From IMG/VR virus record IMGVR_UViG_3300027973_000031, positions 47,589 through 111,588 of that record: a DNA stretch of 64,000 nt; one strand, given 5' to 3'. Of this stretch, positions 1 through 10,700 are shown in pieces; positions within the stretch are counted from its first letter, which is position 1; each line of letters starts with the position of its first letter. Under the pieces are notes generated by a model. The model ran no database searches, had not been told where the DNA came from, and saw only the letters and a program-made list of their open reading frames with translations. Position numbers and translations under genes: made by a program. This stretch comes from a virus (lineage: Duplodnaviria; Caudoviricetes).

Positions 1-2
1 CC

Positions 3-1454
3 TATAGAATTCAATTAACCAAAGCCTCAGGTGCTACATCTGAATTTGCAGAGCAAATAAGAAAACAAACATATGCTTTAAATGAATACGGCGTTTCATA
101 TAAAAAGGTTGTAGAAGCAAACGTTGCAATCGCAGAAAGTTATTCTAAAGCGACATTTTCTTCTGCCAAAACCAGACAAAATTTTGAAGAAGAAAGAGAG
201 ACGTTACAAAAGTTAGTAACTGTAAATGAAAAATTTGGAGTAGGACAAAGAGAAACGATTGATTTGGCAAATAAATTAACCAATTCAGTTTTTAATAATA
301 TTGGTGGTGTAGTTAAATTTTCTGATACTTTATTGAAATTTTCTAAAGAAACAGGACAACCATTTTCAAATACACTACGCGAATTTGGAACCTACTCAGA
401 AAGATTTGTTACTGCCATAAGTTCTGACGCTGCTATAAAATCTTTTACTACATTAGAGCTTTTAGCTAGAAGAGCTGGATCTTCTGTAAGTGCTCTTGTT
501 GGTAGTATTTCAAAGTTTGATGATATCGACGAAGCTTTCTCATCGGGCGGACAAATTAACAGAGTTCTATCTTATTTCGGTGGAAGCCTTGATACATTAG
601 CAATGGCAAGTGCCAGCGAAGAAGAAAAAGCGCAGATGCTTTTACAATCAATTAGCAGTATCTCAGAGCAGTTTAATGCTCAGATGACAGATCCTAATGC
701 GAGAAGAAGCGTACTAAAAGAATTAACAAAACAAACTGGTTTAGATATAAATACCATAACTGGTCTTCTAAATAAAAACAATGATTTATCTAAAGATTTA
801 CAATCAATAATAAGAACACCAACTGTTACCGGTATTGGTCCCGAGATACCCGCAGAAGAGAAGAAGAGAATGGCTATGGCTGTCACTTCTCAAGCAGAGG
901 TAGATGAAATTAAAAAAGAAAATTTATATATTGGTCCTTTAACTTTTGCTCTAGAAAAATTTCAGGCAAATCAAAAATCTATGATAGTAGAAACAAGTAG
1001 ACTTGTGGCTGGAGAAGTAGATAAAGGCTTTTCAAAATTATTAAAAACAGGAGATGTTCCTGGCATGTTGACCAGCTTTGCTTCTGCAATTGATTTAACA
1101 ACAAAGGCATTTACCAAACAAGGTGGGTTTGAACAATTTCAAACAGCGCTTAATCGCGGTTTAGTTCCAGCAGTTGATTCGGTAGCTGCTACTTTCAAGA
1201 AAAATTTAACTACTCTAGATTCAGATAAATATCAAGAAAATTTAAATAAACATGCAGAGAAACTTCAGCAAATTGATAAAACTAGAAGAGAAGAAGATAG
1301 CAAAAGACACGCTAAAGCTGCTGAAGATGGGGTAATAAAAGGTATGGCAACTGCTAGATCAAATGAAAAACCAAAAGAAGTTTCTATCAATGTTAGACTA
1401 ATTGACAAAGAGGGTAGACAAGTTGGCGTAAGTAATTTAATCGCACAAGTGTAG
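3..1454 (+). CDS. Tail tape-measure-like protein (5' truncated by window edge)
   Basis: The frame of ORF 264..1454 is open back to position 3. The product is Ala/Ser/Lys-rich and helical, and lies directly upstream of baseplate-like genes. Confidence 0.55.
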   Translation, partial: YRIQLTKASGATSEFAEQIRKQTYALNEYGVSYKKVVEANVAIAESYSKATFSSAKTRQNFEEERETLQKLVTVNEKFGVGQRETIDLANKLTNSVFNNIGGVVKFSDTLLKFSKETGQPFSNTLREFGTYSERFVTAISSDAAIKSFTTLELLARRAGSSVSALVGSISKFDDIDEAFSSGGQINRVLSYFGGSLDTLAMASASEEEKAQMLLQSISSISEQFNAQMTDPNARRSVLKELTKQTGLDINTITGLLNKNNDLSKDLQSIIRTPTVTGIGPEIPAEEKKRMAMAVTSQAEVDEIKKENLYIGPLTFALEKFQANQKSMIVETSRLVAGEVDKGFSKLLKTGDVPGMLTSFASAIDLTTKAFTKQGGFEQFQTALNRGLVPAVDSVAATFKKNLTTLDSDKYQENLNKHAEKLQQIDKTRREEDSKRHAKAAEDGVIKGMATARSNEKPKEVSINVRLIDKEGRQVGVSNLIAQV

Positions 1455-1466
1455 TGGAGAAAAAAG

Positions 1467-2264
1467 ATGGCAAACGATATAAAAGATAAATTAGGTCTTA
1501 AACCAGCTGACATGATACAGTTAGTTAATGAAGACCCAAGATCAAAGACTTCGTTCTTCTCAGAAACTGCATTAAAAGTGCAGTATCCTATGTACAATTT
1601 GTTTATTGAATTTCCAACTATTAAAAATAAAAATTATAATAGAGTAATGTTCCCAGCATACATTAGCGAAGCAATAACTGATACATTTACGCCAACTTAT
1701 TCTGATGCTGGTAGTGTGTTTGGTAGAATGGATCCTATTCCAATCTATTCAAAAACAACAAGATCAATAAAGGTTGCATTTAACATACCAGCAAATAGTA
1801 TTAATGATGCCAGAGAAATAAGAAAAAAATTAGATATAATGGCAAAAAACATGTATCCTACTTTTGAAAAAGCTTCTGGCTCTAATTCAAGACTTATCAT
1901 AAGAAAACCACCTTTAATACGTATTAAATTTGGTAATATTATATGTAATCCACTAGATGAATATAGTGGTCTTCTTGGAATTTTAAAAGGAGGTTTATCA
2001 ATAAGCAACGACCTCGCCAGTGGAGTTTTTACAGAATGGCCAGGACAGGAAATTTATGCAAAGAAATATTCACTAAGTTTAAACATGGATGTATTACATG
2101 AGTTTACACCAGGATTTGTTTTAGTCGGAAAAGATGAAGCACCTTTTCAAGAAGGAAAAATGGTTTTTCCAGGTGTTTCTTTTAATGATAGCACGAAACC
2201 TAGCACAACTGCAAAAAATCAACAAGATAGAATCAAAGAAGCAGAAAAAAAACTATTTGGTTAA
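1467..2264 (+). CDS. Tail tube initiator/baseplate protein (gp48/54-like)
   Basis: Motifs FPAYIS..ITDTF, VFGRMDPIPIY..TTRSI.V.F and PPLIRIKFGN are typical of myovirus tube-initiator proteins; structural context. Confidence 0.55.
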   Translation: MANDIKDKLGLKPADMIQLVNEDPRSKTSFFSETALKVQYPMYNLFIEFPTIKNKNYNRVMFPAYISEAITDTFTPTYSDAGSVFGRMDPIPIYSKTTRSIKVAFNIPANSINDAREIRKKLDIMAKNMYPTFEKASGSNSRLIIRKPPLIRIKFGNIICNPLDEYSGLLGILKGGLSISNDLASGVFTEWPGQEIYAKKYSLSLNMDVLHEFTPGFVLVGKDEAPFQEGKMVFPGVSFNDSTKPSTTAKNQQDRIKEAEKKLFG

Positions 2265-2278
2265 TTGGAGTTTAAAAA

Positions 2279-2623
2279 ATGTCTTTATCTAGATACAAAG
2301 AAATGCAAATAATAAGAAATGTAGATGATGATTATAAATTAATTTTTTCTTCTAGATTTCCTTATAATGGTATAGCTCAATATAACACAGAGAATTTAAG
2401 ATACCCAACATTAACAGAAAGACTAGGCATGAAAGTACAAACAGAAACCTGGGGTTTTGGGTCTAGATTATATAAATATTCTTATATTTATTATGGAGAT
2501 CCATCTTATTGGTGGGTCATAGCATGGTATAATAAGATAGGAACAGAAAACGAATTAACTTTTGGTAACGTTATTGAAATACCGCAACCACTAGATTATG
2601 TACTAACAACATACGGTTTATAA
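2279..2623 (+). CDS. LysM/tail-X-like baseplate wedge protein
   Basis: RL...S..YYGDPSYWWVIAWYN...G..I.IP motif. Confidence 0.7.
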   Translation: MSLSRYKEMQIIRNVDDDYKLIFSSRFPYNGIAQYNTENLRYPTLTERLGMKVQTETWGFGSRLYKYSYIYYGDPSYWWVIAWYNKIGTENELTFGNVIEIPQPLDYVLTTYGL

Positions 2624-2624
2624 A

Positions 2625-5369
2625 ATGGCAAACACAGAAGAGTTTAATTTATTTTTTCCTTTTAACGAGCTAAACCCAGAAGGGTGGCTAAACGATTTTA
2701 TTACGCCTCAAATAATGAGAAACAAAGAAAGTGTTGCTTATTCTTTGTTGTACAACGATTTTTCAAAAATAATAGATAATTCAGCAGAACCAATAAAAAC
2801 TATTTTGGAAAAAGAAAAATTATTTGAAGCATTTTTAAATGCCAATAAAAACAAATTTAAAAATGAAGAGAAATTTGTTTTTCTTAATGGAAAGTATTCT
2901 GATATTTTAGAAAATAATATTTCTACCGGTCATCTTGCAGCGGGTAATAGAGATGATTTAAAAGATTACATTTTATTTATGAATGGTATTAAACCGTTTC
3001 AAATGGCATTTATTCAACCTTATGTAAAATTATATTATGGATGGAAAGATAATCCAAAAAATAAAAATGAACAATTCAAATTCGTAGAATTTCCGTTCTC
3101 TCAATATTTTGAATTAGATAAAATTTTATCCAATCCAAATGCCTTTATGGAAGGGAGTGGTATAAAAAATGTTACAAACGATATTCAGTTTAATTTAGGA
3201 ATTAAGAAAAATTGTAATATTTCTATAAGTTATTTTTTTAGTAATATGAATATTCTAACTAGAAAAATACCGATGAAAGAAGGAGAGCCAGAACCAAAAT
3301 ATGGCTTCTCATTTATGAAGTTGTTTTCCAATATAGGAATAAAAAAAGAAGTATTAAAATTGGAATATGGTTATTACGTTGACCCTGGGTTAGAACACCA
3401 GCATCAGATACCATTAAAAATTTGTAATTACATTAATACTAGAGAAGTTAAAAAATTTGGACTACTAAAGACCTCTCATAATTTTAAGTTTAACAAAGAG
3501 GGCGGAGTTGACATATCTGTTACTTATGTAAATTTAGCAGAAGCATTTTTAGATTCAGATAATAACATAACGATTCCAGCAGATTCTTCTTCAAATAAGC
3601 AATTAATAAACGAATTAAAAGCAAAGTCTGCCGGTGCTGTTACTCTTCTATCTGAGTATAATCAAAATAAATTAAAGTTAGAAGAAACAAAAGAAAAGAT
3701 AGAAAATCTTTTATTGTATCAAATTAAAGACGCAGAGAAAGTTAAAAAAGGTCAAGATAGTATAGAAGATCTTCAAAAGACAAAAAAGAAAAGATTAGAA
3801 AATCTTCGTAACTTAGAAACCGAAATTTCTAAAAATTTATCTTTGGTAAAGAGACAACTTGTTCCTTACTTTAAAGATGTCTTTGTTAAGACATTACAAA
3901 ATAATTTTGATTTATATTCTATTTCTTTTAATACTAAAAAAGATGATAAGTTAAAATCTTATTCTTTAAACGCATCTTTAAATCTAATAAGTCCTGACGA
4001 TGGCAGAGAAATTAAGTTTTGTGATCTAGCATCTAAAGAATATAAATTAGATGATTTTTTTAGAAAAGATACGATCCCAGAAAATGTTAAAAATAAAATG
4101 GAGGGTATCCTAAACAGATTGTTTAACACTCCGAGGGAGCATATAAACTCTGATAAAAGAAGTGGACATATAGTTTTCTTTCCACTTAGAGCGCTCATAA
4201 GAGCCGCTTATCAAATGATAAATGAAGAAGTTAATCAAGAGCAGCTTTATGTTCCAACAATCTTATTTGGAAATTTAACTGCAAGAGTTTATGATAAAAC
4301 ATATAATATTAATGCTGGCAATATTTTGATAGAATTAAACTACTTTCAAAGATGGATGCATAATAAATTTTATAATAAAGGATTTGTCGATATATCTTTT
4401 GGGCACTTTGTAAAAGAACTAATAGATGATTTAGTACCAGAAGTTTTATATAGAAATAAAACATATCCTCAGAATACAACCAGAATAACAGTACAAGATT
4501 TTAATCCTTCTTTCTATATTAAGAAGACTTGGAATAATACTAATTCAAAATGGTTCTTAGAACATACAGACCCAAACTCTGCATTTATGGCAGAGTTTGC
4601 TTCAAATATTAGAAACAACTTTTACGATGATAAAAATAGTGAACCACTAATTGTTTATTCAAAACTTAATATCTCAACTTTAAAAGAGACAACAGCAAAT
4701 AATTTTTCTGTTTCTAATACAAGAGAATTGCAATTAAATGAAGCAGAAGATGCAAAAAACGGAATACCTCATTTAATAATCGGCTCAGACGGTGGAATGT
4801 TTTTGAGCGCTGATTTCCAGCAAATTGATCTTAAAGGTCTTAGATCTGGTATTGCTTTGCAGGCTATGACAGATGAAAATAGTAGTTATTTCTTTTATCA
4901 GTACTCATTAAGTGCGGAAACTTTCGGAAGTTCTATCTTTAATCATGGTAGTATAATCTGTATTCCAACTCCTCCACTTGGACTAGCCGGATCAGAATAC
5001 GACATAGGCATAGTCGGGTATTATAAAGTAAAGGGTCTAAAAGATTCTATTGATGCAAATGGCTCATACAAAAGCGTTGTATCAGGAGATTGGTTCTGGT
5101 CGGGAGGAAGATACGGTAAAAACGGTAAACCAACTACAGAAAATGATAATAAGGGACAAAAATTATCTCAAATATTAGATTATATACCGGCAGATACTTA
5201 CGACCCAGCATCATACATAGATCTTTTAATCAAAACAGACATAAAGACTTTAACTAATTTTGGCCTTAATACTAATAAACAAAAAACAAAAGGAAATAAA
5301 AATAAACCTAAAGAGCCAAATGTAAAGAAGCCACAAGATTATAGTGAAAAAGAAAACGCTAAAAAATAA
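2625..5369 (+). CDS. Large baseplate hub-like structural protein
   Basis: 914 aa, following the LysM wedge gene. The C-terminal IGIVGYYKVKGLKDSI..GSYKS motif resembles hub proteins. Confidence 0.45.
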   Translation: MANTEEFNLFFPFNELNPEGWLNDFITPQIMRNKESVAYSLLYNDFSKIIDNSAEPIKTILEKEKLFEAFLNANKNKFKNEEKFVFLNGKYSDILENNISTGHLAAGNRDDLKDYILFMNGIKPFQMAFIQPYVKLYYGWKDNPKNKNEQFKFVEFPFSQYFELDKILSNPNAFMEGSGIKNVTNDIQFNLGIKKNCNISISYFFSNMNILTRKIPMKEGEPEPKYGFSFMKLFSNIGIKKEVLKLEYGYYVDPGLEHQHQIPLKICNYINTREVKKFGLLKTSHNFKFNKEGGVDISVTYVNLAEAFLDSDNNITIPADSSSNKQLINELKAKSAGAVTLLSEYNQNKLKLEETKEKIENLLLYQIKDAEKVKKGQDSIEDLQKTKKKRLENLRNLETEISKNLSLVKRQLVPYFKDVFVKTLQNNFDLYSISFNTKKDDKLKSYSLNASLNLISPDDGREIKFCDLASKEYKLDDFFRKDTIPENVKNKMEGILNRLFNTPREHINSDKRSGHIVFFPLRALIRAAYQMINEEVNQEQLYVPTILFGNLTARVYDKTYNINAGNILIELNYFQRWMHNKFYNKGFVDISFGHFVKELIDDLVPEVLYRNKTYPQNTTRITVQDFNPSFYIKKTWNNTNSKWFLEHTDPNSAFMAEFASNIRNNFYDDKNSEPLIVYSKLNISTLKETTANNFSVSNTRELQLNEAEDAKNGIPHLIIGSDGGMFLSADFQQIDLKGLRSGIALQAMTDENSSYFFYQYSLSAETFGSSIFNHGSIICIPTPPLGLAGSEYDIGIVGYYKVKGLKDSIDANGSYKSVVSGDWFWSGGRYGKNGKPTTENDNKGQKLSQILDYIPADTYDPASYIDLLIKTDIKTLTNFGLNTNKQKTKGNKNKPKEPNVKKPQDYSEKENAKK

Positions 5370-5384
5370 TATAAGGTATAGAAA

Positions 5385-6638
5385 ATGCCAAATAAATTTA
5401 AAAATTTGTTTAACGCTAGAAAAACATTAAATGAAAATTCCAATCCAACAGGAAAATTGGATGATTATTTATTTGAAGAATATTATGTTGATACTTGGTA
5501 CAATAAACCATTTTATGGCAAGGTGGATACCAAAGGTAATGCTGTAATACCAAGAGAACAGAAACTTAAATTTGCAACATTTGCAACAGACCCTAAACAG
5601 ATTCAAGCTTTTGACTTTGTAGCAGAACTTTTTAAAGATGTAAAGAGAGAATATGAGAGAAACTATAAACAAGGTAATCTTAGTAAAAGAAGCCAATTTT
5701 TTAAAGAAACATTATCTCCTGTTGCTGGGTTTACAACTTCAAGACCTCTTTATTTAGAGAAATTAAAAAGCATCTATTCTTTATTTTTAGATTATATTGT
5801 TAATGATGGTTATTTAAACAAAATAAATAATTACGAAATCTTCTTAGAAGAATTAAAAATTTTTCTTTTTGAAAAAGATTTTTATTTTACAAGAGCAGGA
5901 TTCATAGAATCTAGAGAATTTTCTCCTTTACAAACGGGATTAGTACTAGATGTTTATTCAGGTAATGCTTCTGACTCAATTATAAAAGAAAAATTTTATA
6001 ATGATATAAATTATTCTGCATTTTTAGAATTATGTTTAAAACATGGTTTTATTTTAAATAAAGAAATTCCTTGGAGATTAACTTGCGACATACGACAAAA
6101 GTTGGTTGCAGAAAAAATAGCAGAAGAAACAAAAACATCAAAATTAAAAATTATACCAGAAGATTTAAAAGATAATCTTCAAAAATTGTTTGATGTTTAT
6201 TATGAAAGAGTTATACCGGTAGAAGAAAAAGATTATGATTATTATAGAGAATTTATTGTTGCATTAGAAACTTTTTATAAAAGTTTTACATTTCAATTTC
6301 CTACTTTTAAGAAACTAGAATTTGATAGATGTGAAAATGCAAAAGCTGTTAATAATGAAAAATCAAAAATTACTATGTTCTCTTCAACTTCTGAAATGCA
6401 TAAGTTTTATATTAAACTATTTTTTGAGATGAGAAAAATAGAAATAAGAGATAATATAAATGATCAAAATTTAGAATACTATACTTCAATTGCTTTGTCA
6501 AGATTTGATGATCTGTACAAAGAAAACACTAAAAAGGCAGTATGTGAAGCTATTTCTATATTCAATAATAATGTTTCTACATTACCTTTCAGAGAAAGAA
6601 GTATAAAACAAGGAGGACCAATTCAAGGTCCAGCTTGA
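5385..6638 (+). CDS. Hypothetical (probably virion) protein
   Basis: 417 aa ORF ending the structural block, with the same AT-rich codon usage. Confidence 0.5.
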   Translation: MPNKFKNLFNARKTLNENSNPTGKLDDYLFEEYYVDTWYNKPFYGKVDTKGNAVIPREQKLKFATFATDPKQIQAFDFVAELFKDVKREYERNYKQGNLSKRSQFFKETLSPVAGFTTSRPLYLEKLKSIYSLFLDYIVNDGYLNKINNYEIFLEELKIFLFEKDFYFTRAGFIESREFSPLQTGLVLDVYSGNASDSIIKEKFYNDINYSAFLELCLKHGFILNKEIPWRLTCDIRQKLVAEKIAEETKTSKLKIIPEDLKDNLQKLFDVYYERVIPVEEKDYDYYREFIVALETFYKSFTFQFPTFKKLEFDRCENAKAVNNEKSKITMFSSTSEMHKFYIKLFFEMRKIEIRDNINDQNLEYYTSIALSRFDDLYKENTKKAVCEAISIFNNNVSTLPFRERSIKQGGPIQGPA

Positions 6639-6663
6639 CACGAAATCTAAGATGCCATAAGAT
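6635..6663 (+). promoter_or_regulatory. Sigma70-type promoter
   Basis: TTGACA-N17-TAAGAT at the start of the replication block. Confidence 0.65.
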
Positions 6664-7848
6664 GTGGTCATGATTTTTGAACTAATTGATTCCAAGAAAA
6701 TTTGCGATTCCTGCTACGTTGATGGAAAGGTGGTTCCGTTTGCGTCGGTAGATAATTTGACTCATTCCTGGGATTATAGCCCACTCATGGGTGACAAGCA
6801 ATATGAACTTGCCTGTCTTTACGCTGGAACAAAGAATATTGAAGATGCCTGTTCTCACGAAATGAGAGAAAGGTATTTATTAATACGTTCAAAGCTAAGA
6901 GCGTACATGAAATCGTTTATTACAGCTCAAGTCTCTCTTGATGAGAACTGCTTTTTTGATCTTGTACCGGTTTCTTTCATTCATGAATTATTTTCAGTTC
7001 GTTCTGCAATAATGAATGAAATCTTCCAAACAAAGAAAAGACCGGAAAATTATGAATTTCTTTATAATCTTAATAAAATGCTGCACGAAATATCTCAAAA
7101 TGATGTAAAAGTTGAGATGAAGAATCTTCCTGCTATTGGAGAAATTCGCAGTGCCAGCAAGATGAAGAAAAAAGTTAAATATAATATGTTTGGAACCGTA
7201 ACTGGTCGTTTATCTGCCGACCATGACAGTTTCTCGATTCTTACGATGAATAAGAACCTTCGCTGTATTGTCGAACCGACCAATGATTTCTTGTTGGAAT
7301 TAGACTTTAACGCATTTGAACCAAGAGTCTTACTTGCTTTAAACGGAAAAAAACAACCAAATACAGATCTCCACGAATGGAATAAAGATAACATTTTTAT
7401 TGGTACAAATCGTGATGGAGCTAAGAAGAGATTCCTTGCTTGGATGTACGATGAGAAGGGGACTACTACACTACCCCCTCAGCAGGATAAGAAGGTGAAG
7501 ATCTTCTATGACAAGAATGTTGTTCGTGACAAATATTATGACGGCTGTGTTGTTAAAAATTGCTATGGAAGAGAGATAAGGGCAGATAATGAGCACGCAA
7601 TCAATTATATTCTACAAAGCACAGCTTCTGATTGTTTTTTGAGACAAGCAATTAAAGTAAATAAATTGTTAAAAGATAAAAAATCTTTTATTAAGTTTTT
7701 GGTTCACGATTCAATTGTGCTAGATATAGCAACAGAAGATAAAGATCTGGTTAAAGATATTTGTAATACATTTGCAAACACTGACTTTGGTAAATTTATG
7801 ATTACTAAAAAAGTTGGTAAGAATTATGGAGACATGAAAAAACTATGA
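6664..7848 (+). CDS. Short family-A DNA polymerase
   Basis: TVTGRLS, motif A ELDFNAFEPR, motif B RDGAKK...MY, NYILQSTASD and motif C VHDSIV. No evident exonuclease domains. Start may be the ATG at 6670. Confidence 0.85.
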   Translation: MVMIFELIDSKKICDSCYVDGKVVPFASVDNLTHSWDYSPLMGDKQYELACLYAGTKNIEDACSHEMRERYLLIRSKLRAYMKSFITAQVSLDENCFFDLVPVSFIHELFSVRSAIMNEIFQTKKRPENYEFLYNLNKMLHEISQNDVKVEMKNLPAIGEIRSASKMKKKVKYNMFGTVTGRLSADHDSFSILTMNKNLRCIVEPTNDFLLELDFNAFEPRVLLALNGKKQPNTDLHEWNKDNIFIGTNRDGAKKRFLAWMYDEKGTTTLPPQQDKKVKIFYDKNVVRDKYYDGCVVKNCYGREIRADNEHAINYILQSTASDCFLRQAIKVNKLLKDKKSFIKFLVHDSIVLDIATEDKDLVKDICNTFANTDFGKFMITKKVGKNYGDMKKL

Positions 7849-8669
7849 ACATTCTAGGACTTGGCAAAGGTGGCTGTGCAATAGCGGACTTGTTCTCTCA
7901 ATACCCAGAGTATAAAGTTTTTAAAGCTGATGTTGGTTTAAAAGGTAAAAACTGTTTAAGTATCCCAGCTTGTAAAACGATAGAAGAATATGAAGAAAAA
8001 CTACCAGAATTTAAGCCTTTGACAAAACTAAAAGGCGAGACCTTGTTAGTCTTATGCGGTGGAGGTAATATATCTGGTGCTTCTCTTAGAATACTTGAAC
8101 AAGTAAAACATACAAACATCACTGTTCTATATGTTCGACCAGACCCAAACTTAATTTCAACAGAGATAGCAGTAAAAGATAGAGCAATCTTTGGTATCCT
8201 TCAAGAGTTTACAAGAAGCGGACTCTTTAAAAAAATGCTTCTTATTTCAAATCCTCAAGTAGAAAATTTGCTTGGCGGTTTATCAATCATGGAATACTAT
8301 GATAGTTTAAACAAAGTGATCGTATCAACAATTCACATGGTAAACTACCTGTTGACAGCAAAAGATGTCTTTGGCAAGATGTCAGCAGAAAGAGATGTGG
8401 ACAGAATTTCTACTGTCGGCATTTTAAATGTCGAAGATGGAACAGAAAATTACCTCTATAATTTGGCATCAGCAAGACAGAAAGTTTTTCTCTATGCAGT
8501 TAAACAAGAGGACTTGACAACAAATAAAGAGTTGATTAAACTGATCCAACAGCAGACGAGAAATTCGTACTCTGGTACAGAGTTGGACATTTCGTACAAA
8601 ATCACAACGACAAACTACGAATCCAACTTTGTCTATATTATTTCAAACACCAACATTATTCAAGAATAA
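7845..8669 (+). CDS. Tubulin/FtsZ-family GTPase (PhuZ/TubZ-like)
   Basis: N-terminal ILGLGKGGCAIAD and tubulin-signature-like LCGGGNISGAS. Confidence 0.75.
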   Translation: MNILGLGKGGCAIADLFSQYPEYKVFKADVGLKGKNCLSIPACKTIEEYEEKLPEFKPLTKLKGETLLVLCGGGNISGASLRILEQVKHTNITVLYVRPDPNLISTEIAVKDRAIFGILQEFTRSGLFKKMLLISNPQVENLLGGLSIMEYYDSLNKVIVSTIHMVNYLLTAKDVFGKMSAERDVDRISTVGILNVEDGTENYLYNLASARQKVFLYAVKQEDLTTNKELIKLIQQQTRNSYSGTELDISYKITTTNYESNFVYIISNTNIIQE

Positions 8670-8680
8670 AGGAAAAAACA

Positions 8681-9430
8681 ATGGCTATTGATCTCAAAAA
8701 AATGCGTGAAAAACTAAACAACCTCAACAACAAAAGTGGCGCAAAAGGTAAGACCACACAATACTGGAAGCCTCTTGACGGCGTGGATTCAACCATCCGT
8801 ATTCTTCCAACTGATGACGGAGATCCTCTGAAAGAGTTCTATTTCCACTATCTTCGCACAGAGAAAAAGTTTCAAAGTGTTCTGTGTCCGAAGAAGAACT
8901 TTGGCGAGAACTGCCCAATGTGTGATCTGGTTTCCAAACTCTACAAAGAAGGTGATGAGGAAAGCCGTAAGCTCGCTAAGGACATGACTGCCAAGCAGCG
9001 TTTCTTCTCCCCGATCGTCGTTCGTGGCGAAGAAGATAAGGGTGCCCAAGTTTGGGGCTTCTCTAAGACCATCTACGAAGAACTTCTCAAACTAATGCTT
9101 AACCCTGAGTATGGCGACATTACCGATACTGATGAAGGTTTGGACCTAGTTGTGTCTGTGTCCAAAAAGTCTGGTAAACTCTATCCAGAAACAAGTTTAA
9201 CACCAAAACGTAAATCTTCTCCTCTCTCCATGAAGAAAGAGCTGATGACGGAACTAGTTAATCATGGTACTGATTTCGACTCGTTGTTTGAGCGAAAAAC
9301 AGCAAGTCAAGTTGCCGAGATTCTTGATGAATTCCTTAATGGACCGAGCGATGAAGGAGGTGGTTCCACCAATGCTGCGGACGATGGCGGTGAAGATTTA
9401 GATTCCGCCCTGAAAGATCTTGGCGTATAG
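8681..9430 (+). CDS. Single-stranded DNA-binding protein (T4 gp32-like)
   Basis: WKP...TIRILP, FHY, CP...GE.CPMC and an acidic C-terminal tail. Confidence 0.85.
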   Translation: MAIDLKKMREKLNNLNNKSGAKGKTTQYWKPLDGVDSTIRILPTDDGDPLKEFYFHYLRTEKKFQSVLCPKKNFGENCPMCDLVSKLYKEGDEESRKLAKDMTAKQRFFSPIVVRGEEDKGAQVWGFSKTIYEELLKLMLNPEYGDITDTDEGLDLVVSVSKKSGKLYPETSLTPKRKSSPLSMKKELMTELVNHGTDFDSLFERKTASQVAEILDEFLNGPSDEGGGSTNAADDGGEDLDSALKDLGV

Positions 9431-9433
9431 TGC

Positions 9434-9477
9434 TTGACTAATTGGGGATGGTAGGGTAAAATCTACCATCCTTTTTT
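9434..9477 (+). promoter_or_regulatory. Sigma70 promoter whose -10 box lies in the loop of an intrinsic terminator
   Basis: TTGACT(9434)-N17-TAAAAT(9457); stem GGATGGTAG/CTACCATCC followed by T6. Confidence 0.75.
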
Positions 9478-9491
9478 ATTTGGAGAAATAA

Positions 9492-10646
9492 ATGGCAAAC
9501 GTTAAAAAGAAAGACAAAGATGTTAAGGGAAGAATCTCAATAGATCAAATGAGAGATATTCTCAATAAGAAAGCGGGTAGTATTGTTGCCTACTCGCTAG
9601 AAGAAACAAACCCAACTGATGTTGAAGACTGGATTCCAACTGGTTCTCGTTGGCTTGACTCGATTATCTGTCGAGGAAAGTTGGCTGGTATTCCAATGGG
9701 TAAAATTGTAGAGCTTGCTGGTCTTGAATCTGCTGGTAAAAGCTATATGGCTGCACAAATTGCAGCTAATGCACAGAAGAAAGGAATAGATGTAATTTAC
9801 TTTGACTCTGAATCTGCAATCGCTTCTGACTTTATGGTAAAGGCAGGAGTTGATGTATCAAGACTGCTTTATGTACAAGCACGTTCGGTAGAATTTGTAT
9901 TGGAAACAATTGAAGAATTACTTGCTAACAATCCAAGCAAGATGATGTTTATTTGGGACTCAATCGCATTTACTCCAACTGAGACAGATGTTGAAGGAGA
10001 CTTCGATCCGCAGTCATCAATGGCAGTTAAACCGAGAATTCTATCAAAAGCGTTCTCTAAACTTATTCAGCCTTTGGCAAATAGTGGTAGCACTCTTCTG
10101 TGTCTCAACCAGCTGAAAACAAACATCACCAGAAGCCCGCAAGAGGCTCTCCTAAGCCCGTATTTTACTCCAGGCGGTAAAGCACTGGCTTATGCTTATT
10201 CACTAAGAATTTGGCTAACAGCAAGAAAAGGAAAGGCGAGCTTTCTACTTAATGATGCTGGATTTAGAGTTGGTAATGAAGTCAAAGCTAAGATTGAAAA
10301 GTCTAGATTTGGTACACAAGGTAGAGAGTGTACCTTTAAGATTCTTTGGGGCGGTGATGATGTTGCCGTTCAAGATGAAGAATCGTGGTTTGAAGCGATC
10401 AAGAACTCTGATCAAATCAAGCAGACAGGAGCTTGGTATACACTGGTCTTTGATGATGGTAAAGAAGTTAAATTCCAGACCACAAAGTGGTTGGACATGT
10501 TAAAAGATCAAGCATTTAAGGACCAGATCCTTCGTTTGATGGAGAAAGAGGTCATTCAAAAGTTTGACTCAAGAGAAGGGCACGCAAAGAACTTTTACAA
10601 TATCGATGGTGAAGATGAGTCTGATGTAGATTTTGAGGAAGAATAA
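9492..10646 (+). CDS. uvsX: RecA/UvsX recombinase
   Basis: IPTGS..LD, Walker A GLESAGKS, WDSIA, LNQLK, TPGGKAL and KSRFG. Confidence 0.92.
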   Translation: MANVKKKDKDVKGRISIDQMRDILNKKAGSIVAYSLEETNPTDVEDWIPTGSRWLDSIICRGKLAGIPMGKIVELAGLESAGKSYMAAQIAANAQKKGIDVIYFDSESAIASDFMVKAGVDVSRLLYVQARSVEFVLETIEELLANNPSKMMFIWDSIAFTPTETDVEGDFDPQSSMAVKPRILSKAFSKLIQPLANSGSTLLCLNQLKTNITRSPQEALLSPYFTPGGKALAYAYSLRIWLTARKGKASFLLNDAGFRVGNEVKAKIEKSRFGTQGRECTFKILWGGDDVAVQDEESWFEAIKNSDQIKQTGAWYTLVFDDGKEVKFQTTKWLDMLKDQAFKDQILRLMEKEVIQKFDSREGHAKNFYNIDGEDESDVDFEEE

Positions 10647-10665
10647 GCTTTTTCTTGCCTAAGTG

Positions 10666-10673
10666 ACTATTTA
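10666..10673 (+). promoter_or_regulatory. Putative late promoter motif ACTATTTA
   Basis: Recurrent motif about 20-35 nt upstream of virion-like genes. Confidence 0.6.
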
Positions 10674-10700
10674 TTTTTAGTTATTCATAGGAGAATAAAG

